A stretch of 64,000 nt of DNA, from contig CAINEC010000193.1 in the NCBI GenBank assembly GCA_903847585.1, positions 52,507 to 116,506 of the forward strand, read 5' to 3'. Of this stretch, positions 9,110 to 19,277 are shown piece by piece. The position numbers were made by a program, and so were the translations under genes. The notes under the pieces are model-generated. The model worked only from the letters and a program-made list of their open reading frames with translations, did no database searches and had not been told where the DNA came from. The DNA comes from an uncultured Bacteroidota bacterium. Lineage in GTDB: Bacteria > Bacteroidota > Bacteroidia > AKYH767-A > OLB10. How positions within the stretch are numbered: the stretch's first letter is position 1; every line of letters starts with the position of its first letter.

Positions 9110-10855
9110 TTACTTACGCTTTATATATAACTCGATCTTATGACGTCGTTTGACGTATAGAATACACTCCTTCCCTGCCATTTTAAGCTCATTTTCTCGC
9201 TTTTTAGCTAATTTGAGATTATTAAACACTTCCACTTTCTTATACACTTTCAAATCGATGTTCATCTTAGGATATTTGACTACTGCACTTGTCGTATCTT
9301 TATCCTTGACTGGCTTTTTAACTTCAACAACAACAGGAACAACATCTTCTTCATTTGGAACATTTACAGGATTTGACTCAATCATTCCAAATCGATAGAG
9401 GTTACCATCTCTACAAGCAATATAAATACTCCCATTAAAGCAAACGGGAGTAGACTCAAAATAACCTTTTCGAGTAGCTATCTTTTGAAAACTAGCATTA
9501 GAACCTATTTTATAGATATTAATTGAACCGTATCCAGCCATTACTAATCTATTTTTTGCAAATACAGGAGTTGAAATAGAAGTGCAGACCTTTTCTCTAT
9601 AATGTAATTTCGGACAAGGGTATTTCGTTTCACCATCAGGACCTAATACAAGAGAATCCGATAATTCCTTATAACGAATAACATTAAGATAACCATCAAT
9701 TCCAGTGAATGCTGCAAGGAAAGGATCATTATTATTTCGATAACGATCGTTCACCGCACATGACCCAACAACACCACCAATCCAACTCGAATATTTCTTG
9801 TCTTCAGTAGGATAAAACCATTGTACACATTGATTTGGAGGCAGATTTGGATTCAACTTAAACACTCCACCATGACCTTTGATATATTGCTTTTCAACAG
9901 CAATTAATAAGCAATTATCATCTGTTACGACAGGAGTCCCATCCATATCAGAGCCGATATAAAAATCCCAATCAATAATTTTCTTTTTCAGATTATAACC
10001 AAATACATGTCCGCAACCCGAAGCAATATATAAGTGATCACCAAGTTTGGCAGGTGAAGCCTCGGTTACAAGATTACCACCATGCTGATGTGCATCTTCT
10101 TTCGAATACAGAAGCGTTTTATTATAAACTAACGGCGAGCAATATCCTTTATTTGATTTTACATTTTTTAAGGGATCGAAAGAAACCCAGTATCCATTTT
10201 CTAAACCAATATATCCAGTATCATTCACAAACAAGGCTGATGCATCCACATCATTGCTGTAACACTTCGTTCTTTGCATTGGCATTCTCCAAACTTCTTT
10301 TCCATTAGCACAGTGTAGCGCTCTAAAACTAGTAGCAGCAGAATCTTTTAATGAAACATGAACACCTTTACGACTACCTTGAAAAATATAAAATGGGTTA
10401 CCTTCTGAATGATTATTATTTCTCCAAATTGTACCAGTGCCTTTTAAAATATCTTCGTACTCATATTGCCATACAAGAGAAGCATCTGATAGTTTAATTT
10501 TCTTTAATGTATGATCAAAACTAGCTTGATAAATAAAATATTCACCTTGTTCTTTTGTAATGAGCGGTTGACCTGTCCACCCTGCTCCACTCCATACTTC
10601 TACTCCTGACTGAGCATTTACTATTGTTTCGCCTTTACCAAGTTTATATTTCCAAATTACATTAAGCGAATCAGAGCAAGAATCCCCATAAAATTTTCTC
10701 GTTTCATCACCTAAAAAAGTTCCAATAACAACTTGATAGGGGTCTTCTTTTTTCTTACTTGTAGCAGAATTATTATTCTTTATTTCGGATTGACTACATC
10801 CAAAGATTAGAATTAAACAACCCCAAACAATAATTTTAAAAAAGCTGCGTCTCAT
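9110..10855 (-). CDS. PQQ-like beta-propeller lipoprotein with possible C-terminal SPOR-like domain
   Basis: Repeated W/STP propeller motifs (GTPVV, STPVF, STPVC); lipobox IFGC; start moved to ATG 10855 because a -7 box overlaps the TTG at 10873. Confidence 0.7.
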   Translation of the reverse strand: MRRSFFKIIVWGCLILIFGCSQSEIKNNNSATSKKKEDPYQVVIGTFLGDETRKFYGDSCSDSLNVIWKYKLGKGETIVNAQSGVEVWSGAGWTGQPLITKEQGEYFIYQASFDHTLKKIKLSDASLVWQYEYEDILKGTGTIWRNNNHSEGNPFYIFQGSRKGVHVSLKDSAATSFRALHCANGKEVWRMPMQRTKCYSNDVDASALFVNDTGYIGLENGYWVSFDPLKNVKSNKGYCSPLVYNKTLLYSKEDAHQHGGNLVTEASPAKLGDHLYIASGCGHVFGYNLKKKIIDWDFYIGSDMDGTPVVTDDNCLLIAVEKQYIKGHGGVFKLNPNLPPNQCVQWFYPTEDKKYSSWIGGVVGSCAVNDRYRNNNDPFLAAFTGIDGYLNVIRYKELSDSLVLGPDGETKYPCPKLHYREKVCTSISTPVFAKNRLVMAGYGSINIYKIGSNASFQKIATRKGYFESTPVCFNGSIYIACRDGNLYRFGMIESNPVNVPNEEDVVPVVVEVKKPVKDKDTTSAVVKYPKMNIDLKVYKKVEVFNNLKLAKKRENELKMAGKECILYVKRRHKIELYIKRK

Positions 10856-10870
10856 TTGATTAATGCGTTG

Positions 10871-10878
10871 CAAATGTA
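10871..10878 (-). promoter_or_regulatory. Bacteroidota sigmaA -7 box TACATTTG
   Basis: Matches TAnnTTTG, 15 nt upstream of ATG 10855. Confidence 0.55.
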
Positions 10879-10922
10879 TTAATTCAATTTGAATTCGATT
10901 TAATTATAATTTTACCAAAGTC

Positions 10923-11909
10923 ATGAAAAACACAAAACGAGTTACCATCTTAATAACACTTATTTATTTCACGATTAGCTTAACGAGTTCTTTGTATGGT
11001 CAAATTGCAATTACGACAAATCAACTTTTTCAATCTAACAATAAAGTTTTAGTGGCAGCTCACAGAGGTAACTGGAAGGATTTTCCAGAGAATAGTATTC
11101 CCGCAGTACAATCCTGCATAGGTACGGGCATTGACATTATTGAAATAGATGTTCAACGCACGAAAGATGGAGCCTATGTTTTAATGCATGATGGAAGTAT
11201 AGACCGAACAACAAATGGCAAAGGGAAAGTAAGTGATTATACATTAAAACAACTTCAGCGATTTAAACTCAGAGGAAAGGGCGATACCATAACGGAATAT
11301 CGAATTCCGACACTAGACACGATTTGAAAAATCACAAAAGGTAAAATTATTCTCAATATTGATAAGAGCAGTGGTCGCTTCAACGAACTCACAAAACTGA
11401 TAGACTCACTTGAATGTAATCAGCATGTATTATTAAAAGGAAATGGCAAGGGAGAATACTTTAAAAGTTTAAATAATCAGGATACGAATAGCATTTACTA
11501 CATGCCTATTTTAAGCACTAAAAGCAATGTAGATTCTTTTATGCTTAGTTACCAAACACCATTATTTGAATTTCTATTAACTAATGACACCTCCATTTAT
11601 TCGAGTCTTGTGTTTCTAGATTCACTGAAAAAAATGAATGTAAAAATATGGTATAATGCTTTGTTTAATTCCATTTCTGGAGGTCATACAGAAAGTATAG
11701 ATGCAATTAATTCATGGGATTGGTTTATTGGTCATAATGCTTACGTAATACAAACAGATTATCCTTTTCACTTAGTAAAATATTTAAATCAATTAGGACT
11801 TCATGAGAGATTAACGAAAGAAGATCAATATGACTTAACCAAGTTGCCAGTTCGTGAAGCGATTGAAAAAAAAGAATTAATTGATTCCAGCGAAATAAAA
11901 AGTAAGTAA
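10923..11909 (+). pseudogene. Secreted glycerophosphodiester phosphodiesterase (GDPD) interrupted by a single in-frame TGA at 11325-11327
   Basis: AHRG..PENS..EIDVQRTKDG..LMHD..IPTLDTI*KITKGKIILNIDK continues in frame without further stops into ORF 11502-11909 (IQTDYP). Confidence 0.8.
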
Positions 11910-11998
11910 ACGAATTAGTATCAGATTAAATAAAAACAAAATTGTTAAATTCTAAAATAAAATAACAAAGTGAATTTTGAATTTAAAAAAAGAAAATT

Positions 11999-13102
11999 CT
12001 AATTCGCTTTTTTCTTGAATCCGAGATGCGTATAAACTGCTCTTTCACCTCCATCACTTGGACGATTAATCACACCGAGTTGCTTTGAATACATTAAGCT
12101 ACTACCACCCTGATCGCAGGCCATTGCATTATACACACCAACCTTTTTAAATACTTCAACAGCTTGTGTCATTGTAACACCAATACTATATAACGGCTTT
12201 CGTCCATCAACCACCATCATAAAAATACGGTTACCATCTTTATTCAACCCAATTAGCGTACGAGGAAAAAAATGATCTGCTGTATAATCATGTTTTGATA
12301 TTGCACTTTCCCCATTCATCATCATATCAAACCTCCCCCAAATGGCATTGTGCATTTGTTCTGAGGGCTTCTTTACTACATCTTCTTCTTTTGAATAATA
12401 AACTTGATTGTTGCTATCAAAATAAATAAAAGGACGATACCTCGTATCCTCCAACATGATGGGGTTACCGTTAACAATAAAATTTCCAATCCAACTGCCA
12501 AGTGGTGCTTCACGCGCAGGCGCTGTTCCTGCCTCACCATTAACTGCTATATCCCAATTATTCTTTTTAGCCACTTTAGCTGTACGCAGTTTAACAGACA
12601 TCGCAGTATCTAATCCAACATTGTATTTGGTCAAATCAACTGTAGCAAGAAACACGACGTTAAGCGGTTCAGCCATGTTAATTTTAATGATCTCAAGTCC
12701 TTCTTCTGCTTGTAAAAAATCAACAGATTGAACTTTGCCAAAAGACAATTTCTTTAATTCTTCAAAATACTGTTCCAAATAAGATCTTTTATTACCACTA
12801 TCTTTTACAACTACAATTTGCTTTTTTGTTTTAGCATCTATTTCTATGTTATGTAGTTGATAATCGCCGATTGCTATTGCACCAATGATTAAAAAGAAGA
12901 TAGTAGAAGATGTATATGCATAAATTTTTACTGCTGGTTGAATAGAGGTTTTCTTGAAAGCACCTAAAATAAAAAAAGTAAAAAGCCAAAAAACGGAGGA
13001 GCAAAATATCCAAAGTAACCCTTGAAAGGCCAAGGGTAATTCAAAAACCCTAAGTAGAACCATCCACAAATCATCAATTAAAATATTTACAAAATCACCC
13101 AT
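11999..13102 (-). CDS. Membrane-anchored phosphodiester glycosidase (NAGPA) family protein
   Basis: PRTLIG..MVVDGR..GVT..AMACDQGGSS; N-terminal TM helices. Confidence 0.8.
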   Translation of the reverse strand: MGDFVNILIDDLWMVLLRVFELPLAFQGLLWIFCSSVFWLFTFFILGAFKKTSIQPAVKIYAYTSSTIFFLIIGAIAIGDYQLHNIEIDAKTKKQIVVVKDSGNKRSYLEQYFEELKKLSFGKVQSVDFLQAEEGLEIIKINMAEPLNVVFLATVDLTKYNVGLDTAMSVKLRTAKVAKKNNWDIAVNGEAGTAPAREAPLGSWIGNFIVNGNPIMLEDTRYRPFIYFDSNNQVYYSKEEDVVKKPSEQMHNAIWGRFDMMMNGESAISKHDYTADHFFPRTLIGLNKDGNRIFMMVVDGRKPLYSIGVTMTQAVEVFKKVGVYNAMACDQGGSSLMYSKQLGVINRPSDGGERAVYTHLGFKKKAN

Positions 13103-13133
13103 GCTAACAGTATGAAATCCGCTTTCTAACGAG

Positions 13134-13141
13134 CAAATATA
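13134..13141 (-). promoter_or_regulatory. Bacteroidota -7 box TATATTTG
   Basis: TAnnTTTG match upstream of the NAGPA gene. Confidence 0.5.
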
Positions 13142-13315
13142 GCAAGATTTAAAGCTTCATTTTTTTGCTAATACGATTTAACGTAGACTGATTTTCAAAC
13201 AATTACAACCATTAACAAACCCAAACAACATAAGATTAATCATACAATAGTCTTTTGTAATGATTAAATAATGATATTTGCCCCACTTGAAACAACTGCA
13301 TTCATTTACCAACGA

Positions 13316-15637
13316 ATGATTAAATCGAGTTACTTGAAGTTAACTTTTTTAGCTATTATCTTTTTTTTCACTCAAAAAGATAGTTATGGCCAACACTTCA
13401 CACCTATAGTGAATGCGCAGCGATTTGGAATTAAATTCAGTCATTTACCAGGCGAATTTGATTCGAGCATCAATTTAAAAATCACCCGTCCTGCAAATAT
13501 CAAATTAGCATTTAGAAACAGCGACAGTACTTCAATACCAATTAAGGGCGATACAATCACTATTAAAATAACAACAACCGCTTCCATTTACATGACAGTA
13601 AATATAGCAGGACAAGTGGTTGATTCAAGTTATACAGGAACTTATATAATTGGAAAAAAATCAGATTTGCCAGTTATCAATTTGCACTTAAAAAGAAAGT
13701 ACTTTGATGGTGATGAAGGTATCATCAATGGATATATGGATTATGAGAATCATAAGCGATTTGGGAAAGTGTGGAGCAAGTTTTCCATCCCTACTTACCT
13801 TGAATATTACGAGGATAAATCGTTTGTTTTTGGGGAGACTTATCGTGTAAAACCATTTGGTGGATGGACATTAGGAATGAGGGAAAAATCATTGAGAGTA
13901 TACTCAGAAAAAACAGAAGGCGCCTCAAAAATTAAAATTAGTCCTTTTGAAAATAAACCATACCTATCCTATAAAAGTATTGTTCTACGTACATCGGGAT
14001 CTGATCAAGGAACTACAAGACTAAAAGATATTTCTATTTGCTCGCTAGCAAGAGACCTTGGATTAGACTATCAGGATTACAGACAGGCAGTTCTTTTAAT
14101 CAATGGTGAATATTGGGGTATTTATGATATCCGTGAAAAAATAAATTATGAATATTTAAAATATAATCATGGTGCCAGCAAAGACAAAACTCAAACTGAA
14201 TTGTTGGAGCTTGACGGAATGCGTAATGCAGATTATAAGTCGATGACAGAATATATTGGCAAGGACTTTAAAAAAGAAGAAGCATTTGACTCAATCAATC
14301 AAAAAGTTGATATTGAAAATTATATTAAGTACATCATCTTACAAATACATATTCAAAATATCGATTCGAGAGGTAATGTAAGATTCTGGAAGAGCAAATC
14401 GTTGGATGATCGTTGGCGCTGGATTTTTTATGACTCTGATTTAGGTTGTGAAAACAGCAGCGTAAATATGAATTATCTTGGTAAGCGTTTGAGCCCTGTA
14501 CAAACGGATTGGTACAATCCAACATGGTCAACAGTGATTTTAAGGAACCTTGTTAAAAACGAAGAAATAAAAAATTATTTCATAAATCAGTATTGTCTAT
14601 TACTAGGAACAAAGCTTCATACCGACACCATAAAAAATCGTATTGAGTATTTTGCAAATAATATTCGTGACGAAATTCCTCAACACGTCAACAGAAGAAA
14701 TAGTATTTACGGCGAAACCGTAGAGAAATGGAATAACAGAATTGCCAACTTCAAAAAATACTTCGACTTAAGAAATCCAACAGCCTATTCACATCTTAAA
14801 GATTGCTTTGGATTAACACAAGATGCCGTTAGTTTAACCATCAAAACTAATTTACCACAGGTAAAATCATTGAACATTTATCGTTCAAGTTACAACTTCA
14901 GTTATATCAATGGAAATTTCTTTCCGGAGGTTCCTATTACCGTTAAAGCAAGCAATGTTGATCATCTATATTACTTCTCTCATTGGAAACAAAATTCAGA
15001 CACGAATAGTCTAACTACAATCTATCCCGGAAAAACAAAAGAACTGGAAGCAGTTTATATGCATAAACCGTATTCGGATTTGCACAAGAAAATTATTGTT
15101 GCCAAACTATTTTTCGAACAATCTAAGAAGGACACATTATTCACGATTGGATTGATGAATATTGGCAATGATTCTTTAGAGCAGATTAAAATTAATTACT
15201 CTTGCAATGGATATAATAACAATTATCAATTTACGATTAACAAGATAAGAGTTGGAGAAATAGTTTACTTTACTAATAAACCTAAGAAATCAAATAAGTT
15301 ATTAAGTGAGAGTAATTACAATCAAATTTCATTACCAGAAGGATTTGATTATCGAGGTGGCCGATTAGTTTTTGCTGATATGCACGGAGCTATTATCGAT
15401 ACGCTTTTCTTAAATGTGCCAGACACTGCTGCAAGATACAATCACCTAATAAAAGCTACGCGTAATATTCAGAATGGAAAATGGATGTTTGGCAATTATG
15501 AAATAAAATTTGTGATACCTGAAAAACCAATTAACTACAAATTATACGTTGCCATTAGCCTTGGAGCATTAATTATTTTAATTGCACCGATTGTTTATTT
15601 TAGAAGTAGAAGAAAAAAGGCAAAACAGCAAAGTTGA
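13316..15637 (+). CDS. CotH-family kinase with C-terminal TM anchor; paralog of 3974-7291
   Basis: YWGIYDIREKI, NIDSRGN, WIFYDSD; ends in TM plus RSRRKK; likely start MIKSS at 13316. Confidence 0.82.
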   Translation: MIKSSYLKLTFLAIIFFFTQKDSYGQHFTPIVNAQRFGIKFSHLPGEFDSSINLKITRPANIKLAFRNSDSTSIPIKGDTITIKITTTASIYMTVNIAGQVVDSSYTGTYIIGKKSDLPVINLHLKRKYFDGDEGIINGYMDYENHKRFGKVWSKFSIPTYLEYYEDKSFVFGETYRVKPFGGWTLGMREKSLRVYSEKTEGASKIKISPFENKPYLSYKSIVLRTSGSDQGTTRLKDISICSLARDLGLDYQDYRQAVLLINGEYWGIYDIREKINYEYLKYNHGASKDKTQTELLELDGMRNADYKSMTEYIGKDFKKEEAFDSINQKVDIENYIKYIILQIHIQNIDSRGNVRFWKSKSLDDRWRWIFYDSDLGCENSSVNMNYLGKRLSPVQTDWYNPTWSTVILRNLVKNEEIKNYFINQYCLLLGTKLHTDTIKNRIEYFANNIRDEIPQHVNRRNSIYGETVEKWNNRIANFKKYFDLRNPTAYSHLKDCFGLTQDAVSLTIKTNLPQVKSLNIYRSSYNFSYINGNFFPEVPITVKASNVDHLYYFSHWKQNSDTNSLTTIYPGKTKELEAVYMHKPYSDLHKKIIVAKLFFEQSKKDTLFTIGLMNIGNDSLEQIKINYSCNGYNNNYQFTINKIRVGEIVYFTNKPKKSNKLLSESNYNQISLPEGFDYRGGRLVFADMHGAIIDTLFLNVPDTAARYNHLIKATRNIQNGKWMFGNYEIKFVIPEKPINYKLYVAISLGALIILIAPIVYFRSRRKKAKQQS

Positions 15638-15646
15638 TTCTGAAGC

Positions 15647-16114
15647 TTAATACTTTTCGAGCCGATATTTTTCAATTACACCGATAATATGTTTTGACCA
15701 GACTTTTGCATTAGCTGCATACCCTGTATTAGAAATCGAAACCACCCATTTTTTATAGTCCTTATTCCCCTTTAAAGAAGGATAAAACTTTTTACGAGCT
15801 ACCAAATTACAAAAGTATACATAGGAGTCTGCAGGCTTTGCAAAGTACTTATACGACGATTTTACGGAGACCGTGTCACCACCAGCTACTCTGCCTTTTA
15901 AACCAAAATGATTATTCAACCTTCTTCCTACGACACTTGTCCCCCCACCCGACTCCTGATAAGCTACTGCTAAAATTACAGATGCAGGGATTTGATAAAC
16001 TGCAGCGAGACTATCTGCTAATGGTCTGTACTCATTAAAAAATTTATTCTGTGAATTTGCTCTTCCAGAAAAAAGAAAGAACACAAGAAACAAGGTCAAA
16101 TATTGCTTTTTCAT
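15647..16114 (-). CDS. GH73 glucosaminidase / muramidase (FlgJ-like), secreted
   Basis: ILAVAYQESGGG, NNHFGLKG, GYA motifs; signal peptide from MKKQY. Confidence 0.85.
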   Translation of the reverse strand: MKKQYLTLFLVFFLFSGRANSQNKFFNEYRPLADSLAAVYQIPASVILAVAYQESGGGTSVVGRRLNNHFGLKGRVAGGDTVSVKSSYKYFAKPADSYVYFCNLVARKKFYPSLKGNKDYKKWVVSISNTGYAANAKVWSKHIIGVIEKYRLEKY

Positions 16115-16140
16115 TGAATAAATATACAAAAAATCAGTTA

Positions 16141-17190
16141 CTAATTTAACAAATTAGCTAAAAATCGAATTCTCGAAAGCAAAGCAATTAGTAAAAGTGA
16201 TATTGCATAACAAACAACAATAGTTATAATTGTTCCTGCGATAGGATTTATAAATCCACCATTTATATTAAAAATTTGTAATGCATCCAACACAAATACA
16301 TGAATAAGGTAAACACCAAATCCGTATTTATTGCAATACTTTATTTTATCGAGATAAAAACCACGTGAGCTAAAACTATTCTTCACCAACATGAACAATG
16401 CAGCTGAGGCGATAACAATATTAATACTCAAATACTGATAATACTTTCCATTGAACATTCCATTAGCTATTGGATAATATAATGTTGCTAAAAAAGTAAA
16501 GGCAATTGATGCTGCAAATATGGCTAACAACAAATAGGAATTGAATTTAGATGACCGATGAGCAATATAATATCCAAGTATTAAATACCCCAGATATCCA
16601 GTAAAGATCGTTAGTGAAAAATCTTTGTGAAGATTTAAATCAAAAAAATTAATTGTCAATCCTAAGAACCATATAAGTAAAAAATATAAAACCGAATTAC
16701 TATCAGCATTCAACACCCATTTATTAAGTATTGGAATAGCGAGATATAAGCCAATGAGCATATAGATATACCACAGATGATAAGAAGCACCATCTACGAG
16801 CGATGATAAAAAGTAATTCAGGTAATTTGCGCATTGAATTTCTCCCGACTTACAAAAATGATAGATTGAATATGCAACTGTCCAAAACAAGAACGGAATT
16901 AAAATTCGAATAAATCTCTTTTTCAAAAAATCGGTTAACGTAATTGAGCGATTCAATAACAAGGCTCCACTTAACATCACAAAAAATGGAACCGCAAAAC
17001 GTGAAAGCGAGTCAATCAGATTATAGATATTCCAATCCGTATTAGAAATTTGTCCGTATTGATAGAGATAAGGCGCCACCACATGAATAGTGATTACTGC
17101 AATGGTTGCGAGCCACCTTACACTATCTAACCAATCTGTTGATTTATTTTCTTCTTGACTAACGGTACTCATTATTGCTGGGGAGTCCAC
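16141..17190 (-). CDS. Acyltransferase-3 family membrane O-acyltransferase (WecH-like)
   Basis: LDSVRWLA..H, RFAVPFFVMLSG, HLWYIY, FGVYLIH; about 10 TM helices. Confidence 0.88.
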   Translation of the reverse strand: MDSPAIMSTVSQEENKSTDWLDSVRWLATIAVITIHVVAPYLYQYGQISNTDWNIYNLIDSLSRFAVPFFVMLSGALLLNRSITLTDFLKKRFIRILIPFLFWTVAYSIYHFCKSGEIQCANYLNYFLSSLVDGASYHLWYIYMLIGLYLAIPILNKWVLNADSNSVLYFLLIWFLGLTINFFDLNLHKDFSLTIFTGYLGYLILGYYIAHRSSKFNSYLLLAIFAASIAFTFLATLYYPIANGMFNGKYYQYLSINIVIASAALFMLVKNSFSSRGFYLDKIKYCNKYGFGVYLIHVFVLDALQIFNINGGFINPIAGTIITIVVCYAISLLLIALLSRIRFLANLLN

Positions 17191-18380
17191 TCATTAATTT
17201 GTGTGACAATATTTTTTACATCCTCAAAAAACACTGCAGCCTTTGTGCTATCATCCGACGGAAGCATCCCTAATTTCTGCTTGGTAATTGGGTAATATCC
17301 TTTAATCAGATTGTTGGCTTCATTATACGACTCAAGCTTCCATACCCAGAATGGTAAATAATCTACCGCTGCAATTGAGTACTTATTATTTTTACGTGAA
17401 ACGGTCAAGCGAACCATTATACCACCATCTCTGTTTCGGTCGCGTTGATTAGAAATATAATTACCCAAGCTATAAGCAACAGGAATCGAATCTTGCTGAT
17501 GCTTCTTAAAATTAGTTTTAATGTACTTTACAGGCTCAACAACATGCGGATGCATTCCAATGATAGCATTTACTCCAGCATTGCTTAATATTTCTGCAGT
17601 AAGCTGTTGCTCTTTGTTTTCTTTGGTCTGATATTCAACACCCCAGTGCATTACTGGAATAATTAAATTAGCCCCCATTGATTGTGCCTTTTTAACATCT
17701 CTGATCATAGCAGCACTATCAATCATATTCACGATGTTCGGATTTTTTACAATAAGTCCATTAGTACCATAAGTATAATTCAATATTGCAATTTTACATC
17801 CTGCAATATTTACTACAGGAGGATAAGAATTATTAAAGATGGTAGTGTCTGAAAATGTTCCTGTGTGTGGGATATTTAAGCTATCTAACACTTTAATTGT
17901 TCTTTCTAACCCTTTGCTTCCTCTATCTTGCGAGTGATTATTTGCGGTAACCAGGAAATCAAATCCAGCATTCTTTATTGCTACAGCATATTCATCAGGA
18001 GAAGAAAACTGCGGATATCCGGTGTATGGCTCACCGCCTAATGTAACTTCGAGATTTGCACAAGCCCAATCACATTTATTGATGTATGGTGCAATAAACT
18101 GGAACCAATGATCATAATGATATGCCTTTAATGAATCGTCATAAGCTGCAGAAATCATTGGTTGGTGTCCCATCATATCTCCACCAAATAACAATGTAAA
18201 TGTAGTATCTGGTAATCCTGTTTTTTTAGGGACTTCTACTATTTTCTTTTTATCTACCTGTGCAAATCCTAAAAACAGCGATAAGGAAACAGCAGAAAAA
18301 ATTAATACGAGAATAATGGGTGATTTATATTTCATAATAAACTTAACAACTAATGAATTAAAGAAATTATTGTCTGACAT
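17172..18380 (-). CDS. CapA (PGA_cap) family metallophosphoesterase-like protein
   Basis: GDMM, NLE, TANNHSQD, MHWGVEY, GMHPHV, YSLGN. Confidence 0.9.
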   Translation of the reverse strand: MSDNNFFNSLVVKFIMKYKSPIILVLIFSAVSLSLFLGFAQVDKKKIVEVPKKTGLPDTTFTLLFGGDMMGHQPMISAAYDDSLKAYHYDHWFQFIAPYINKCDWACANLEVTLGGEPYTGYPQFSSPDEYAVAIKNAGFDFLVTANNHSQDRGSKGLERTIKVLDSLNIPHTGTFSDTTIFNNSYPPVVNIAGCKIAILNYTYGTNGLIVKNPNIVNMIDSAAMIRDVKKAQSMGANLIIPVMHWGVEYQTKENKEQQLTAEILSNAGVNAIIGMHPHVVEPVKYIKTNFKKHQQDSIPVAYSLGNYISNQRDRNRDGGIMVRLTVSRKNNKYSIAAVDYLPFWVWKLESYNEANNLIKGYYPITKQKLGMLPSDDSTKAAVFFEDVKNIVTQINEWTPQQ

Positions 18381-18392
18381 TAATAAATTAAA

Positions 18393-18779
18393 TTAAGATT
18401 CAACATAATAAACATCAGACTGATTACGAGTTATATTTTTGAATTCGAAGCAACCTTCACCGAGTGCAATTTCAATTAAATCAAATTGAATACAGCTTTT
18501 AGGCAAACCTTCAAATAACAACGTAAATTTATAAGGCTTCGCTGTATGTACTGGAGTCCAAGTAGGCGCAAGAGAAATATTTTCAAAATGCACAAGCTTA
18601 CTATGATGATTACTATGCTGATCAAATAAATAAGTAGAACCCCAGATACGAAGATTCACAGGCTCCGAAGACCATATAGAAACATGTACGACCACCTGCG
18701 ATTCTACCGCAACGGCATCAGCAGCTAACGTTGCTGTTTCAGTATCAAGCTCTATTGAATATTTAATTGAATCAGACAT
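18393..18779 (-). CDS. Conserved hypothetical protein
   Basis: Intact ORF in operon; RIW..T.L, FTLLFEGLPKSC..FDL.E. Confidence 0.65.
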   Translation of the reverse strand: MSDSIKYSIELDTETATLAADAVAVESQVVVHVSIWSSEPVNLRIWGSTYLFDQHSNHHSKLVHFENISLAPTWTPVHTAKPYKFTLLFEGLPKSCIQFDLIEIALGEGCFEFKNITRNQSDVYYVES

Positions 18780-18788
18780 ACCACTCTC

Positions 18789-19277
18789 CTACTTCAAAGG
18801 TATATAAATTTCTTCTCTAACAAGAGGATTATTACGGTCATAATTGATTGGCAACTTCATAAAATGCGGACGATTATCTAATTGCTCATTACTATTTACT
18901 AACCATTCAGAAAAGATATATTGAAAGGTTTTATTGATATCGGTTGCTAATCCTTCATGAACAAAAACAGCATAACGTCCGTCAGGTATAATTAACTTTT
19001 CAAAATCATAATCAGAAGTTGAATCTGACTTCACACCAGCGAATTTATCAAACAGCAGAGTAAGATTGTAACTTTCAAAATAATGTTCACTGTAAATATT
19101 TACATCGTAATAACATGAACCATCATACTCTTTTAACTGATGTTTACTTTTCATGAACTTTTGCCAAACTTCATTTGCTTTAAAATCAGCCATCGACATT
19201 TGCATACTAAATCCTACAACTGAAAATTCAGAAATCAAATCAAACCCTAAAAAAATATCACTTTTGATTGTCGTCAT
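18789..19277 (-). CDS. GyrI-like (AraC effector-binding) domain protein
   Basis: IPDGRYAVFVHEG..YIFSEWL..LDNRPHF..EEIYIPL. Confidence 0.85.
   Translation of the reverse strand: MTTIKSDIFLGFDLISEFSVVGFSMQMSMADFKANEVWQKFMKSKHQLKEYDGSCYYDVNIYSEHYFESYNLTLLFDKFAGVKSDSTSDYDFEKLIIPDGRYAVFVHEGLATDINKTFQYIFSEWLVNSNEQLDNRPHFMKLPINYDRNNPLVREEIYIPLK

Noticed and set aside
11325..11327. Selenocysteine or genome-wide TGA recoding
   Set aside because: The site is not a Cys position, no SECIS-like hairpin is evident, and TGA is used as a stop elsewhere in the window
11910..11998. Very AT-rich stretch after GDPD as a decayed coding tail
   Set aside because: Multiple stops and no recognisable motif; cannot be supported
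17172..18380. Poly-gamma-glutamate capsule operon
   Set aside because: No capB or capC in the window; stand-alone CapA homologs are common
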